From Cenococcum geophilum (taxonomy: Eukaryota): a DNA stretch of 64,000 bases. The stretch covers positions 3,410,001 to 3,474,000 of the forward strand of contig CP158636.1 of assembly GCA_050273025.1 (NCBI GenBank), read 5' to 3'. Of the stretch, positions 25,460-38,479 are shown piece by piece. Below the pieces are notes generated by a model, which saw only the letters and a list, made by a program, of their open reading frames with translations, was not told where the DNA came from and made no database searches. A program made the position numbers and the translations under genes. The stretch's first letter is position 1. The number at the start of each line of letters is the position of its first letter.

Positions 25460-27259
25460 TTATACGGGTATTTATAAGCTGTATTATTATAGCCTCTACT
25501 ATTAAACCTGCGGCAGGTATTAGAGGTATAGGAGATATCTAACCTAGGTCTTTTTAAGGCGGTAAAGCTAATAGCACTAGACATTATAAGGTATGGCGCT
25601 ATATACTAGGCTAGTATTTGCCAATTAGCGGGCTTTAGTTGGCCATTAGTTATTATAAAGGTATAATAGTTAAGTACTAAGTTAAGTATATAACCTATCT
25701 AGATATACTAGGTTAATAAGGTACGAATTATATTTATCTAAAGAAGTATGCTAGTAATAAGGTCCAACGGGCATGTATAGAGGGTGCTAGTAATAACTAC
25801 GTAGTTAGTAAAACCTTTAAACTAGACGCCTTTATCTATAAATAGCTTCCTATCTACCTTTGCCTTCCTTATAACTAAAGTACTATTCTTAATCCATATC
25901 TTATTAGCGATCTTAATTTAAGCGGTATAGACTTAAAGATAGGCGAGGTTTACTAGATTAAAGGTACCCTTAAAAATATTTAGGTAATCCCTTTTTATAA
26001 CGCCAAGAAGGCGGAGTTTAAGTAACTTTATGCTAGGAGGGAGAGGCTTACCAAGGATATTAGCTATAGTAGCTATTATAGTGGCCTATAAGGCCGAAGC
26101 GGCCAAGCCTAACTATAATTAAGCCATTTAAGCTAGGTAGTATTTATGCTAGCGAGCTTCCTCCGCTAGGCGGGCTTTACGCTCTTCCTTATACTTCTAA
26201 ATCTCCCTTTTATCTTAGGCTTATTCCCTTTACTCTTTAGCAATTTCACGCTCTTCTACGGTAGCGGCGTGTATATTAGCCTTAGACGGCATTATAAAAC
26301 TAGTAAAGGAGAGTATAGCGGTTATAGACGATGGTGTAGTTAAGGTAAATTATCTAGGTGGGTTTACTTATTGGGATTATACACGCGTATAAGTCTCCTA
26401 GTTAGTTATAAGTGGTAATAGCGTTATAAAATAATTCTTAAATAAATAGATAATAAATGTATAATAAATATTAATAAGTTTAGCGATATTAAAAGCGAAT
26501 TAGCTACGTAGTGACTGCGTTTAATATTCGCGAATATTGCGGGAGGTCTCAGCATTATGCGTTGCTGAGGTAGATGCTGCCAAGTAATATATAGACGCTA
26601 GTATATATTAGTACAAATTATTTACCGATATCTCGCGATAGCCCGCATTATCCACTACTAACCTATAACTAGATTAGCGTAAGCAGCAACGCAGATATTC
26701 TAGTATTTGCCGCTTATACTAAATACTAGATTATAATATAGTATGTTTTTTTTAAGTGTAATTACCCTGCTCCTAACCTTAATCTTAATATAAAGCGGAT
26801 TATTTTCAGTCTTATTGTCATTAGAGCCTATTTTAGACTTAGGAGTTAATACTAACATTTAGGTCCAGTTTTTAGTACCCTAGAAGTTTCGCCTACAAAA
26901 GTTAAACTAGTATAAAAGGTAGGCTAGTACATAAGATTACTAGGTAAAACTAGCATATAAAGCGGACTAGTATTACCTAGCTAGAACTCTAAAACTAGTA
27001 TAAATAAACTGGTATAGTAAATATACTAGTAAACGAGGTATACTAGTATATAAGGCCCATCACTATATACCGGTCCGCCAATTAGACCATTCCACTTTTT
27101 TCTTACCTATATATTAATATATCTTATATACTAGTCCATCTTCCTTATATACCCCTATTCTGGTTTAACGATGCTATAAGTACCGCTCTAACGTTATACA
27201 CTATCTAATCACTTATTTAATCAATTTCCGGAACTTAGATAAACCGCTTTACTTTTAGA

Positions 27260-27730
27260 ACTACCTCGGTCGCATAATTACCTTAATTACACAATTACCT
27301 AACTCGCACGATTTTCTAGCTCGCACGATCGCCTAGCTTGCACGATCGCCTAGCTCGCAAGATCTCCTAGCTTGCACAATTATCTAGCTTATAAGATCTC
27401 CTAGCTTATACGATTACCTAGCTTGTAAAATCGCCTAGCTCGCAAGATCTTCTAGCTCGCAAGATCTTTTAGCTCGCATAATCACCTAGCTCGCACGATT
27501 TCCTAGCTTGCACGATTTCCTAGCTCGTAAGATCTTCTAGCTCGCACAATTACCTAGCTCGCACGATTTCCTAGCTTGTACGATTTCCTAGCTCGCACGA
27601 TTTCCTAGCTCGCACGATTTCCTAGCTTACACGATTACTTAGCTCGCATGACCTCTAGCTCGCAAGATCCCAGAGCTCGTACAATCCCTAAACTCGCATA
27701 ATTGCCTAGTTCGCATAACCCTCCCAGCTC
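27260..27730 (+). repeat. 17-bp minisatellite
   Basis: ctagctcgcacgatttc-like units; an inverted array occurs at 35910-36075. Confidence 0.9.
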
Positions 27731-28319
27731 AAACTAGAGCGGAGAATGCTTATTCATATTAGTGCGCAATTAACAATTTATGCCTAGAACGCAATTGGTA
27801 AGAAAAATATTAGGAAAATACTAGAATTAGAGAAAGGCGGATTATACCGGAGATGGAGATTCTAAGAAGCCTAAGAAATGAGAAATTTCTTATAAAGAAA
27901 GATTTTCGCAACTACGCTTATCTCTTTTGGCATTTATTGAGAATTAAGGCGTTAATTAGGATTTCCTTAGCTTGGTATTTTATTTCTATCTAGTTGCTTC
28001 CATATTAAGAATATCTCGTTATTGTTTACGTGTAAAGGAACAAGTTTTCGCATATTAGACTAAAGTTAAGAAACTCGCTTATAGTAAGTTTAATAAGTTC
28101 TCCACCTTTATATACTTGGCAGCGATAAGTTAGCTAGCCTATAACTCGTTTAATCCTTTATAAAAAAAACTCGTCGCTTTCTAATCCAGATATCCCAGAA
28201 TTAGCCTTTATCGGTCTACCCTCTTTAATATAGTTAAAATGTGCTAGCGTCTTCTTAACTAGTATAGGATAGAACTTTTCCTTTAAAAGCAGTTAGTAGT
28301 CCTATAGCAATAGAGGGGG

Positions 28320-28520
28320 GAGGGCCTACTAGGTCTTATAGATTTGGAGGCCATAAAGGTTAATCTATAGACGTATAGGTATAAAATCGACCGTTGTGCC
28401 GTATTAGGATATAGCAATCTACGTTATAATCTCGCTTTAATCTATTGGCCTTTTGTAAAAAGGTCTCCTTTTACTTTCAAAAATTCTCATTTATAGCTCG
28501 CTTTAACCTTAGTAGTAACC
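28320..28520 (-). pseudogene. SRF/MADS-box-like small protein remnant
   Basis: KET..QKANRLKRDYNVDCYILIRHNGRFYTYTSID.PLWPP on the minus strand. Confidence 0.55.
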
Positions 28521-29499
28521 TTTACTTTAGATATATTACTATAATACTAGATAATTAATAGCCTACTGGCGTTTTATAGGGTAACTAAGGTGCGGGTTGA
28601 CTCTAAATTTCATATTAATAGGGTGGGAATGTTAAGAATAAATAGAGGATCTACCGCTTAATATTGGCTTAAGTTTTAACTAAAAACGAGATCTTGTTCT
28701 AAAAACTAGATCTAATTTTAAAAACTATATTCTAATTCTAAAGACTATATCCTAATTCTAGGTTCTAGACGTACCAAACGTGACTAAAAATATATAGTAT
28801 TGAGCTAAATAGACTATTTTTAGTTCTAGCTTAAATTGTAATCCTAAAAACTAGATCTAGTTTTAGAGACTAGATCTTGATTCCGGTTTTAGAATATAGG
28901 CTAATTAACTACTATAAAAAGGGCATAATTCTAAAAACCGGATCTAGTTCTGGGAACTAGATCCAGTTTTCAGGAAACAGGTCAATTAACTGCTGCGAAA
29001 AGAGGTTGACTGTATCTGTATTTGCATATTAGGTTTAGCTCGTTTTAGGACTAGCCACGTAATTGTTTATAGGCGCCCCCGCTGCATTAGAGCCTATACG
29101 TCGCGGAATAAAGTATAATTAGTTATAGACTAATAAACGCTGCCTACAACTTTCCGATAATACTGGAATCCCACATACATACTGCATTTTTAGCCACGAC
29201 TAGAGACTATAAACGATATACCCGCACTTTAGGTTATTATAGCTTAGTATTTAACTAAGCCCCGCAAAGCCTCAGTCTAAGCCACATTAGATTAGCTTAA
29301 CTTTTCCACGCCCAATCCTCCTTACATTCCGCTCGCACCTTACTTCCTTCCTTATACTTTTCTTCCTTATTATTTCCTTATTCCAAAACGCCACCGACGT
29401 GTCCTCGGCCTCCCTACACTTATTTACTTCTCTACTATTATACCGTCCGTTATATCCTAGTCTTTAATATCCCCTCCTCGCCTACCTACCTACTTACTA

Positions 29500-30432
29500 C
29501 GTCGGCCTTCCCAATATAGCTTTCGGCGCGTTCGCCCGCGATAGTAAATCTCTCTAGATTAGAGACAATTAAAACGAAACCTATTAAAGAGGGACTAAAC
29601 GGTTTTCGCGATTTATTTAACTTAACTTATAAGGATCTAGGTATCTCTAACTTATTAAACGCGTTGCATTAGATAGGTAATAAAGGTAACTATTAATTTA
29701 CCTAGTATAAGCTCCATCTAATGCTTGTAGAACTAAAGGATACCTTACTTAATCTAATACTAGCTCTATAAAGCCTTCCCGCTTCTTATTTATTATTATC
29801 TAATAGCGGCAACAAAAGCCTCTTTGGTAATCTATTAAGACTTAATTTAGTGGTTAATTCTAACGGCTTTAACATTAAACAATTCATACCTCTTCTAAAT
29901 ACGATCCTTCGGATTGAACCTAACGAGGTTATCTAGAAAAAGGTATACGCTACTATTACAGAGTCCACGCCTCCCCCCCGACCGCTACTATTCTATATTT
30001 AAACCCCATATTAACGTAAAATAAGTAGCTTTGCTAACTTGTCTAAATATAGGAAATACGTAGATGATGTTCTAAAGGAGGAGCTAGGCCTTCTTTACGT
30101 GGGGATTCCTAGCTTATATAAAGCATTCTTTAGGGAAGTAGAAGGTCTTAAAGAGGCAAGTGCCGCCGTTTTTAAGAAATATAAAGAAGGGGACAATCCA
30201 CTATACGCTGAGGACGGCTAGCGTGACTGGCCTAAAGGTGTAAAAGAACGTAGAGTCCTAAAGTGGTTTAATAAGCTAATTATATTATTTTTGGACTTTA
30301 TAAAAAAGTATGGGTTCGTTTTAAAGGCATAATAAAGACTAGTAGAGTATACTTAGTAGCCCTTGTAAGGATCTACGGTCGACTAAAAGCTAGATATTAG
30401 CTTTATAGATAATCTAATAGCCGACAAAATAC
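29500..30432 (+). pseudogene. Fungal FunK1 (Pkinase_fungal) kinase, N-terminal part
   Basis: TESTPPPRP, SSFANLSKYRKYVDDVLKEELG, G(W)RDWP, PL(Q)GST..(R)KLDI(G)F; homology stops at ~30432. Confidence 0.8.
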
Positions 30433-30849
30433 TATGGACTAGAAGTCCTAAAGAAGTCCCTGTCTAGCCACTATTTCTAGCCGCTTAATTACGCCTTCTA
30501 AATATTTAACGGCCCCCTATTTTACTATGTTATCTACTAATATTATTTACTATAAGACCTTATTGAGTATAGGCGTGCGATATATCTTAACCAGTACTAT
30601 ATAAAACGGCCCTTAAGTGTAGATAGAGAATACTAGTGGAGTTATAGGGGTAAGGCCTCTAATATAATGGCGCGCTTTTGGAAGGAGAGGCGTGTTAGGC
30701 TAGATTATTAAGGCCGTATTAGATTTTAAGAGCATAAGCGCTAAAGACTACGGCTTAATTCTCCGCTTTAAAAATATACTTGCCGGTTATATACGATTTA
30801 CCTTTAATAACTAAAAACAGGAATAGTATTTAGAGTGCTCTTTAAGTTA

Positions 30850-32320
30850 GGACGTATATAAAGTTAAACGCTAAAGAATAATAGATTAAGACTATTCGCA
30901 CTTACTATTTCCTAGCATTTCTTCTTAGTCTTTTAGATGTCTCTTCCTCTATAAAAGAAGTATCGGGGGTAGTATCTTAATTAACAATACCTAACTAACT
31001 GTCACGCTCTCCCGGTAAAGATTCTAGCTCCGTAAATAATTGTAAGAGATAATAACTTTTTAGCTTTTGTAATAGTCCGGATTTTAAAAGCTATAAGACT
31101 TTAAAGTTAAAATTAGATAGTAAATTATTAATAATAGAGCGAATTCTGTCTAAGTGCTTTGGCATCTATATATTATAGACATTCTTAGTGAATTTATATA
31201 CCGTCCACTTCTTTTTCCTATTTAGTGCCGTGAAATTAAAGGTGTAGATAGGGTGGTAATAATAGGTAGTATCTTTTCCCTTAATAATAGGGTAGTGGCC
31301 GTAGATCCTTACTGTCTGATAATTATAGGAGACTAAGAAGGCTAGGATTTGCCAGTAGAGCTCTTTCTTGCACTTTACGAGCCGGAAAAGCTTAACGATA
31401 GCCCTAACTGCGAGAGTTATGCTATAAGCATTCTGCTAATTTATAACGTTAAGTACTATAGTACTGCACTTTACTTTGTATGTTAGGAATGGAAAGTATA
31501 TATAGTATATAGCTATAAAGAAGGACTGGTTGCTAGCGATAAAGTTACTAATAAAGGGTAATAGCTTGTTAAGCTAATCTTCCGTAAATATAGTTTGTTT
31601 AAATCCTATAGTGTAATTAGGCTGTGGATAAGTTCTAATTAGAGGGACGGAGTTATTCTAGCCTTTGTTAACACTTTTAATAAGACATTTAAGTTTGGCG
31701 TTATATATAGCTAAAGCCTAAGCTAAAGGAACGAGTAACCAAGCGATATCTTAAATAACTTTCGCTTCGTTCCTACTATCGATTATATTATAAGTCTTAT
31801 TAAATATATTATTATTAAATAGTAAATCGTTAGGGACTTTTTATTCCGTCTCTAATAGGGTTTAGTAAAGACGCTTACTGTCCTTATTAATGCCCTCCTT
31901 ATTTATACCTATATATTTATATATAAAACTACCCTTAGTTTTAAGTAGAGTCTTATAACGCGGGTCTTAGTATAGTATACCTTTCTCTTCTCTTGGCTTC
32001 TAATCGCTGGGTATAGTAGAGCTAGCTACGAGAAAGCCCGACTCCGATCGTTTATGGCGAAGAAAAGGCGTTAACTTTTTCCTTATAAGCAGGTGACTTA
32101 TTATATTATCTGGCTTAAAGTATTCCTTAGGCTAAGCTTATTCCTTCTACTAATATTTAATAGGATTAATTAGGGTATTCCTGCCACAAAATGGCACTTC
32201 TTAATCAATTAGTCTTTTAATGGCGGGGCTTAGAGGAGATATCCGTGGTCGCTTTTAGAGGGGCGCAGTTAGGATATTATTAAGCGGATTTTTAACTTTA
32301 CGCGATCGCTTTTAATCCTT
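30850..32320 (-). pseudogene. Fungal DUF7924-like protein, RIP-inactivated
   Basis: RNEAKVI(Q)DIA.L.VP, (W)NNSVPL...PQP(D)Y..GF, YFPFLT(CE)VKC, (Q)NA(H)S.TLAVRA.V.LFR, VRIYGHYP; family name assigned from memory of these motifs. Confidence 0.65.
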
Positions 32321-35300
32321 AAATAGCAAAGCAGTTAACTTACCCTATAGAAGTTAGCTTCGCTAAATAGCATAGAATAAAGTAGCATACCTCTTTATAT
32401 AAAGTCTTGTTCGCTAGCAGAGGATATTAGTACTTAATATTTTCGCTATACCTGGGGTTTAGACGTACGCTTCTATAAAGAGGCTTCTACGCTATTACTT
32501 TGCTAACACCTTAAGGATGTTTCCCTATTAATAAGTTAGCGGCGGGTATTTAATAGAGTGGAATTAGCAAAAGGTGTACCTTAGTCCTTTAATATAGACC
32601 GTTACTATCTATCCTTCTAGGTGACTAACTTTTCGTAATAACGGGCTATATCAATTGGCAGTTGCGGGGGAAGAAGGATATCTTTATATTACTACTGCGT
32701 TTGAAGCTAGAAGTAGGATACGCACTAGTGAAATAGGAAGGAAGATAACGGAATATAGGTTTGGGTAATAGACGGTCTTAGCGTAAAGATACTAACCTAT
32801 ATTAGGGATAGTCTGGATAAATTCTTAGCGAGGTTTTGTCCTTTTTGTTAGTCTAACTTTACTACCGCAATAACTTAAGCCTAAAGGTAAGGTTAAGGAT
32901 TATAGCGCGTTAAGTAGTAGGTTATATAGTCGCGGAAGCGCATGTAATTATCTATAAGGGGATACCCAGAACTAATAATGCAGCTTTGATATATTTAGAT
33001 TTACGAAATTCCCAACTTTTCCTTATCTTAGGTGCCTTAGCCGCTTCGTAAAGAATTGGCGGTTCTTTCCCACGTCAGCCCTTAAAGAGTTAGCCGTCCA
33101 CTCACTACTATAGTAAAGTAAGTTTTGTCCTGCATTTTAACACTAGAAAGCCTAACACTATTAGCTACCTTATCTCTTTAATAATAAGCGACTTAGACGC
33201 CATAATAAAGGATACCACATTATATTAGATTAAGGTGCGCTCTAAATATTAAATCCTTTACGGGATACCGCTAACAAAGCTAGGATATACCGCTTACTTC
33301 CAATCCCAAGGGCTCCGATAAGGCCGTTAACATAGTAGGGCAGGTATACAATAGCTGCTTCCCTATAGTTTTATCCGTTTACTAGCTTATTAGCATAAGT
33401 AGGATATTTAGTTAGCACTAGAATATAAGAGTGATTTAGAGAATAATAAGGCCAATACGGAAGGAACTGTAAGGAAATACTTACCCTATACTAATAAGAT
33501 AAAGAAGTCGTCTTAATATAGTCCACTTGGTAACTCCTTCTAATAAAGCTTATTAACCCCTAGCTTACTCTAGTTAATTAACTCAGCTATAGGCTTAGCC
33601 AACTCAATAGGAAAGTTAGTAGCCTTAAAAATAACGACCGCTACATTATAAGTTATCTAGGGAAGGTTGATAATCGGATTAACAGCCTAAGAAGTAACTA
33701 GAAAGAAATAAGAAATACTATTAGGCGGTTTTAAAATAAAATCTACACTCTTAAGAGAGGCAGTGATAAAACTTCAAATTATGGAGATAAATGGGTTATA
33801 AAGACTGGAAACAATATAACAGTTTACCAGCACTACTAAGATATAAGATCGTCGCCTAAGAGGCTCCGAGATAGGATCGACCCTACCCCTATAAGTCTTA
33901 GATATGGTTAAATATTAAGTTATAGACTACGGAGTTCCGGGTCTACTTTTATATATTTAGTTTACTTAATTTCCATAGATTTAGAATTAAGTTGCTTATT
34001 TAATTCCCACACTATACTGTTATAAATAAGATTATGGCATTTAAGAGGAAAAGGGCACACTTAGCCTAAGGATGGAGAAGCCTACAGAATTAAGGAGGAA
34101 ATTTATTGGCTTAAATAGTACGCTCTTTAGTTATTGCTTATTAAAGGAAATTTGTATATTAGATTTAAGCTAGAACTAGCCCTGCCCTTTATAGCGAGTG
34201 TTTACCGCATTTATATACTTAATTAGCAATAAGTTAGTAGATTTAACTAAGCTTAGCGTCTAAAGCGAGCAAAACCACGCTCCCCTATTATGTGTTTAAG
34301 TCTAGTCGCTCTCTATTAGCGTCTTCTTTTACTAGTAGAGGATAGAATTAGCCTTTGTTAGCCTACCCTCTTTAACCTAGTTAAAATATACTGGCGTCTT
34401 CTACTTAGAAATTAAAAGATAATTTAGTTATAGTTATGTTATAGATAGAATAGAGTAAAGTAGAATGAAATAGATGCGATTAATATATTGACATCCGGCT
34501 TACACTATACTATCCTATAAGCTACGTGTCAGCTAAGGATTGGTTAAGGTTGTTATAGTAATATAATCCCCTTTTCGTTTCGTTCTATTTTATTCTATCT
34601 TTTCTTATCAGCCTTCCAAATGCAAGCTATACGGCAATCTTACAGCTAAGGCGCGCACGTAGACAATATGCCTCATTTCGCTACTACATATCCTATAGCA
34701 CCCATCTCGCACGCTATACGAATAATATAAACCGGCGATCGGTATATAAGCTGTAAGATACGTCATAGACGAAATAGTATACGCCCCACGACTTAACTCC
34801 CTCCTACTTGTTAATATAAGACGTATATCTAGCTCCTATATATAAGTAGGGCCGGAACTAGGCCCTGGCATATAGCCCTATACTTTAAGCCTATCACTTA
34901 GCTTGGAGTTAGGAGGATATTAGTATAATCTAGTACTCTAGTACTTGCTAGCTTAGCTATCTAAACGCCTCTATACCTATAGTAGCCTGCTAATAAATTT
35001 TTTTGCAGGTAATTAGCGTTTTATTCTTATTTTCTAGGTTGTTTAAAGCCTTCGATTTTAGACCTACGCATACTTTCACACGAATCTCTTCACTCTTTAA
35101 TATTTTTAGTCTTTTAGTTTGTCCGAGTTAAGGTTAAGGATACAGTATATGGTTAATTAAAGACAATTATACGCTCGGCTTTAAGAACACTCCCCTAGCG
35201 TTTCTAACATCCACGAAATCGTGTCCCTAGTAATGTGTTCCGTATATAATATATAGAACGATTGCCAGCCTTTATATATAAGTTTTTATAGCTTTATATA

Positions 35301-35909
35301 TTGCAGCTAATCTAGCTTCTAATGCTAGAATAAAGTGGGATTAGTGACGACTGGAAGAAGGAATTCGAGAGACAACGCGATATTATTTACTCTCATTTTA
35401 AAGGCCATAGGTTAATAATGGACAATAAAGAAGATAAGGCTTTCCAAAACCTTATTAATTACTATAACGCTTATAACGATCCAGAGAAAGTTTAATATTT
35501 AAAGGAGATACTGCTTAACCTCGTTTAAGGTAAGACCTAATAAGAGATACTTACCGAGAAAATATTATAGGAAGGATAGGAGATATTAAGATATAGAATT
35601 TAGATATACTGCAGGCCTTAAAAAGCTCCTAGATGTGACTTAGTAATAGTATAGCGGTGCTTGATAGATTGTCTCCCCCGTTATAGCTAAATGTGCAATA
35701 TAACTTTTATTCAATTTATTTAAAGGGGTATTATCGCTAGGTATGCCGTGACATTATTACTTTAAATGCTTATTTTCTGTAGCCGGAAAACCCTCCTTTA
35801 AAGAGCGACCAAAACCTACCCCTTACTAATTTAGGCATTCTATTTTAGTGGGCAGAACGCCTAAGTGCTAAGACTGGCCCCTAACTATTAGTGCTAATAG
35901 GATATTAAT

Positions 35910-36075
35910 AGGCGAGCTAGGCGATTCTATAAGCTAGGTAATCGTACGAGCTAAGTAATTATACGAGCTAGGTAATTGTATAAGCTAGATACTCGTAGGA
36001 GCTAGGCAATCCTATAAGCTAGGTGATTGTGCGAGTAGGGTAATTATAGGAGTACGGTGCTTGTAAAAGCTAGAC
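35910..36075 (-). repeat. 17-bp minisatellite, inverted relative to 27260-27730
   Basis: gagctaggtaatcgtac-like units. Confidence 0.8.
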
Positions 36076-36091
36076 AATTCTACGTTTTAAC

Positions 36092-36614
36092 AGGTAACCT
36101 TATAATAAACGAAAAAGACGACAATCCTTCTTAGCCGGCATTCTTAATCGACTTCGATCTTGCGATTAAAGAGTAGCGGGAAGGGCCTTTAAGAGCGCGG
36201 GGCAAGACTAGTATAAAAGCGTTTATAGCGATTGGAGTGCTCCTAAGCAAGATATACTCAGCTTGGCATAATTTTAAGTTATTCTTTTAGGTTCTATTTT
36301 AGATATACATTTACTATAATAAACCTAATAAAAAAGGCAACGTTGTTAATAGGTTTAATAAGTGGAATTCTATAGATACGGAAGAGCTAGCTGAAATAAA
36401 AAAAGGGGCAGTGGCTAATAAAGAGGATTTTCTTAAGACTGTAGGTAATAACTTTTCACTATACTATTAGCCACTAATCTCTTAGGTCAATAGATTGCGG
36501 AAGGTGGTATTTCTAGGCGGTAGGAGGCGAAAGAAAAAGGATAAAAAACTTCCTTCTTAAATAAAGGAGGTGCTTTGGGAAACAAGGAAGGATTTAAAGG
36601 TACTAGCAGAGTAA
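36092..36614 (+). pseudogene. Fungal FunK1 kinase, C-terminal part
   Basis: GNL..NE...AFLIDFDLAI...GKT(G)..AF(M)AIGVL...H(D)L(ES)FF(W)VLF(W)I.I..., stop at 36612-36614. Confidence 0.85.
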
Positions 36615-36720
36615 ATAGAATAATATTTCATTGCTCTTCCACCGCACGAGTGAAGTTTTGCGGAGATTCGGGCGGCTAAGGCCAGGCAGCAGCCTTAGTC
36701 GAAATGTATGTAAAATAGCG

Positions 36721-36871
36721 TAACGTAAGCAACGGGGTTATAACGGTCTATAGGGTTATAACGGTTTTAAACACCAAAATTCTGCCAAATACTTGTTCGC
36801 AGGCAAAATATAGGCGGTAAGGCCCCACCGTTATAACCCTATAGACTGTTATAACCCCGTTGCTTATATTA
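36721..36871. mobile_element. Fot1/pogo-type MITE (~147 bp plus TA flanks)
   Basis: ~45-bp inverted repeats ta-acgtaagcaacggggttataacggtctatagggttataacggt at 36721-36765 and 36827-36871. Confidence 0.8.
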
Positions 36872-37049
36872 GGGCAAGTCGCCTAGGCTAAATAAACCCA
36901 GGAAAGCGGATAACCCAATCTTCCGCTAGATTATTAGGTCCCTACACCCTACCATCCTATATAGGCTTTATATTTCTATAAAACACGCAATCTACTCCCT
37001 AGCCTATTAGAAGTAGCCTTATACCGCCTAAATAAAGGCCGTAAGAGAA

Positions 37050-37350
37050 TTAATCCCCTACTTTAACCAATCCCCTATTTAAATAAGTCCCCTACTTAAA
37101 CAAATCCCCTATAGGAGCCAATGCCTATATATTTCGCCGCCCTATAGGAACCAGTCCCCTACTTTAATAAATCCCCTACGGAATCTAGTCCCCTACTCTA
37201 ATAAATCCCCTACGCTAACAAATCCCCTACGCTAACGAATCCCCTATTCTAATAAATCCCCTACTCTAACAAATCCCTTACTCTAACGAATCCCCTATAG
37301 GTACTAATACCTACGTATTCCGCCGCCCTATAAGAACTAATCCCCTATGG
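37050..37350. repeat. 17-bp minisatellite (aatcccctactctaac)
   Basis: Units at 37204, 37221 and onward; flanked by longer degenerate units. Confidence 0.8.
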
Positions 37351-37365
37351 CTTATATTCCCGTAC

Positions 37366-37814
37366 AAGAGATCACCCCTAGAGGTAGCTCCGCGAAGCCT
37401 AAAGGAACTCTGCTCCGACGACTATAAACGAAAGGGTTGGTCTAAAATACATCAATGACGCCGAATTTGAAAGTGTAGGTATAATTAAGAGCCCTAGGGT
37501 TAAAAAGCCCTAGTTATAGGGCTAGTACTAATCTCTGCGGAAGACCCGCCTATAGAAGCGCCTATACCTTTAATATATATCCGTTGACGAGGATATAGGT
37601 TAGGGGTTTCGGTATGGTTTAGTTGACTTAGTAACCGCACTAAGCTAAACGCCGAGCAGCGGAGGCAGTATATTACCGCCATAACGCCACACTTAAGACC
37701 GTTTATTCTAACACCAACCACAGTTCCCCTATTTTCTTTATTCTTTAATCCTAAGAAGTAGACCCTTAATAAGGGTCTAGTTAGTGCGGCTTAGCCACCC
37801 TCCCTACTAGCGGG
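37366..37814 (-). repeat. Tail copy 3 (reversed) plus inverted repeat at 37768-37814, opening cassette 3
   Basis: Reverse complement of 7278-7720; ends aataagggtctagttagtgcggcttagccaccctccctactagcgg. Confidence 0.85.
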
Positions 37815-38095
37815 GGCGAGCTTAAAGTATTTTACGCTTTAATTATATACTGTAAATACCGCTAATTATATTGCCCGTCCTAATAAGCCTTTATAAATAT
37901 TTGGCTTAACTTAGCGCTTAAATATGTATTTATGCGGTAAAAACAGTTAGCTAACCTAAGTCCGGAATAATTGCAGGACCGATATATATAGGCAGCAGCT
38001 TAATTAAATATAGGTGCTAACCTACAGCTTATATAAAGCCTTCAAAATCCGCTAAAGAGTATTAGAATTTAAGAAAGAGAGGTTTTAGAATAAAC

Positions 38096-38361
38096 TGTTA
38101 ATAAGAGTATAGTTAGTGAAATCGACAAAGTTTTAGGTCTAATGCACACCTATAGGTAGCTGGCAAGGCGCTAGTAATAGGCGAGCTAATTATAGGGTGG
38201 CAGAATATAGCAGAATTTGGCAGGTAACGCGCCCCAGCACCGTTACACGCATGGTGTTTATATACGTAATATAAAAAGGCGCTAAGGACCGGAACTAAGG
38301 AGAAAGATTAAGCCGAACCCACTATAGACTCTAGTCCTCAAATCACCTTCTTATTTTTGAC
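38096..38361. mobile_element. Possible solo LTR
   Basis: 266 bp bounded by tgtta...tgaca; no clear TSD; does not match the LTR at 47070. Confidence 0.4.
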
Positions 38362-38479
38362 AAGCAAAAATTTCGAAGGCACTGCCCCGCCTTTACAGCC
38401 CTAGAATTATCCCTTAACCCTAGTATAAAAGCGCAACCAAAGTCAAGAGCTATTAGCGTGGGAGTTAACTTACGCAACT

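Larger units (their letters stand above)
19287..26604 (-). mobile_element. Ngaro-type tyrosine-recombinase retrotransposon, copy A, RIP-degenerate, with a nested TIR element
   Basis: Reverse complement of 49265-54162 (4898 bp once the 2420-bp insertion is removed); YLD(N)F RT motif at ~22220-22235; split direct repeats at 19287-19870 and 26490-26604. Confidence 0.9.

Noticed and set aside
32900..35650. RIPed coding-like remnants (minus ~32950-33750, plus ~35418-35640)
   Set aside because: Could not be assigned to any family by eye.
37500..37721. 73-aa ORF in the conserved tail
   Set aside because: No recognisable motif; the frame is not reliably open in the other two copies.
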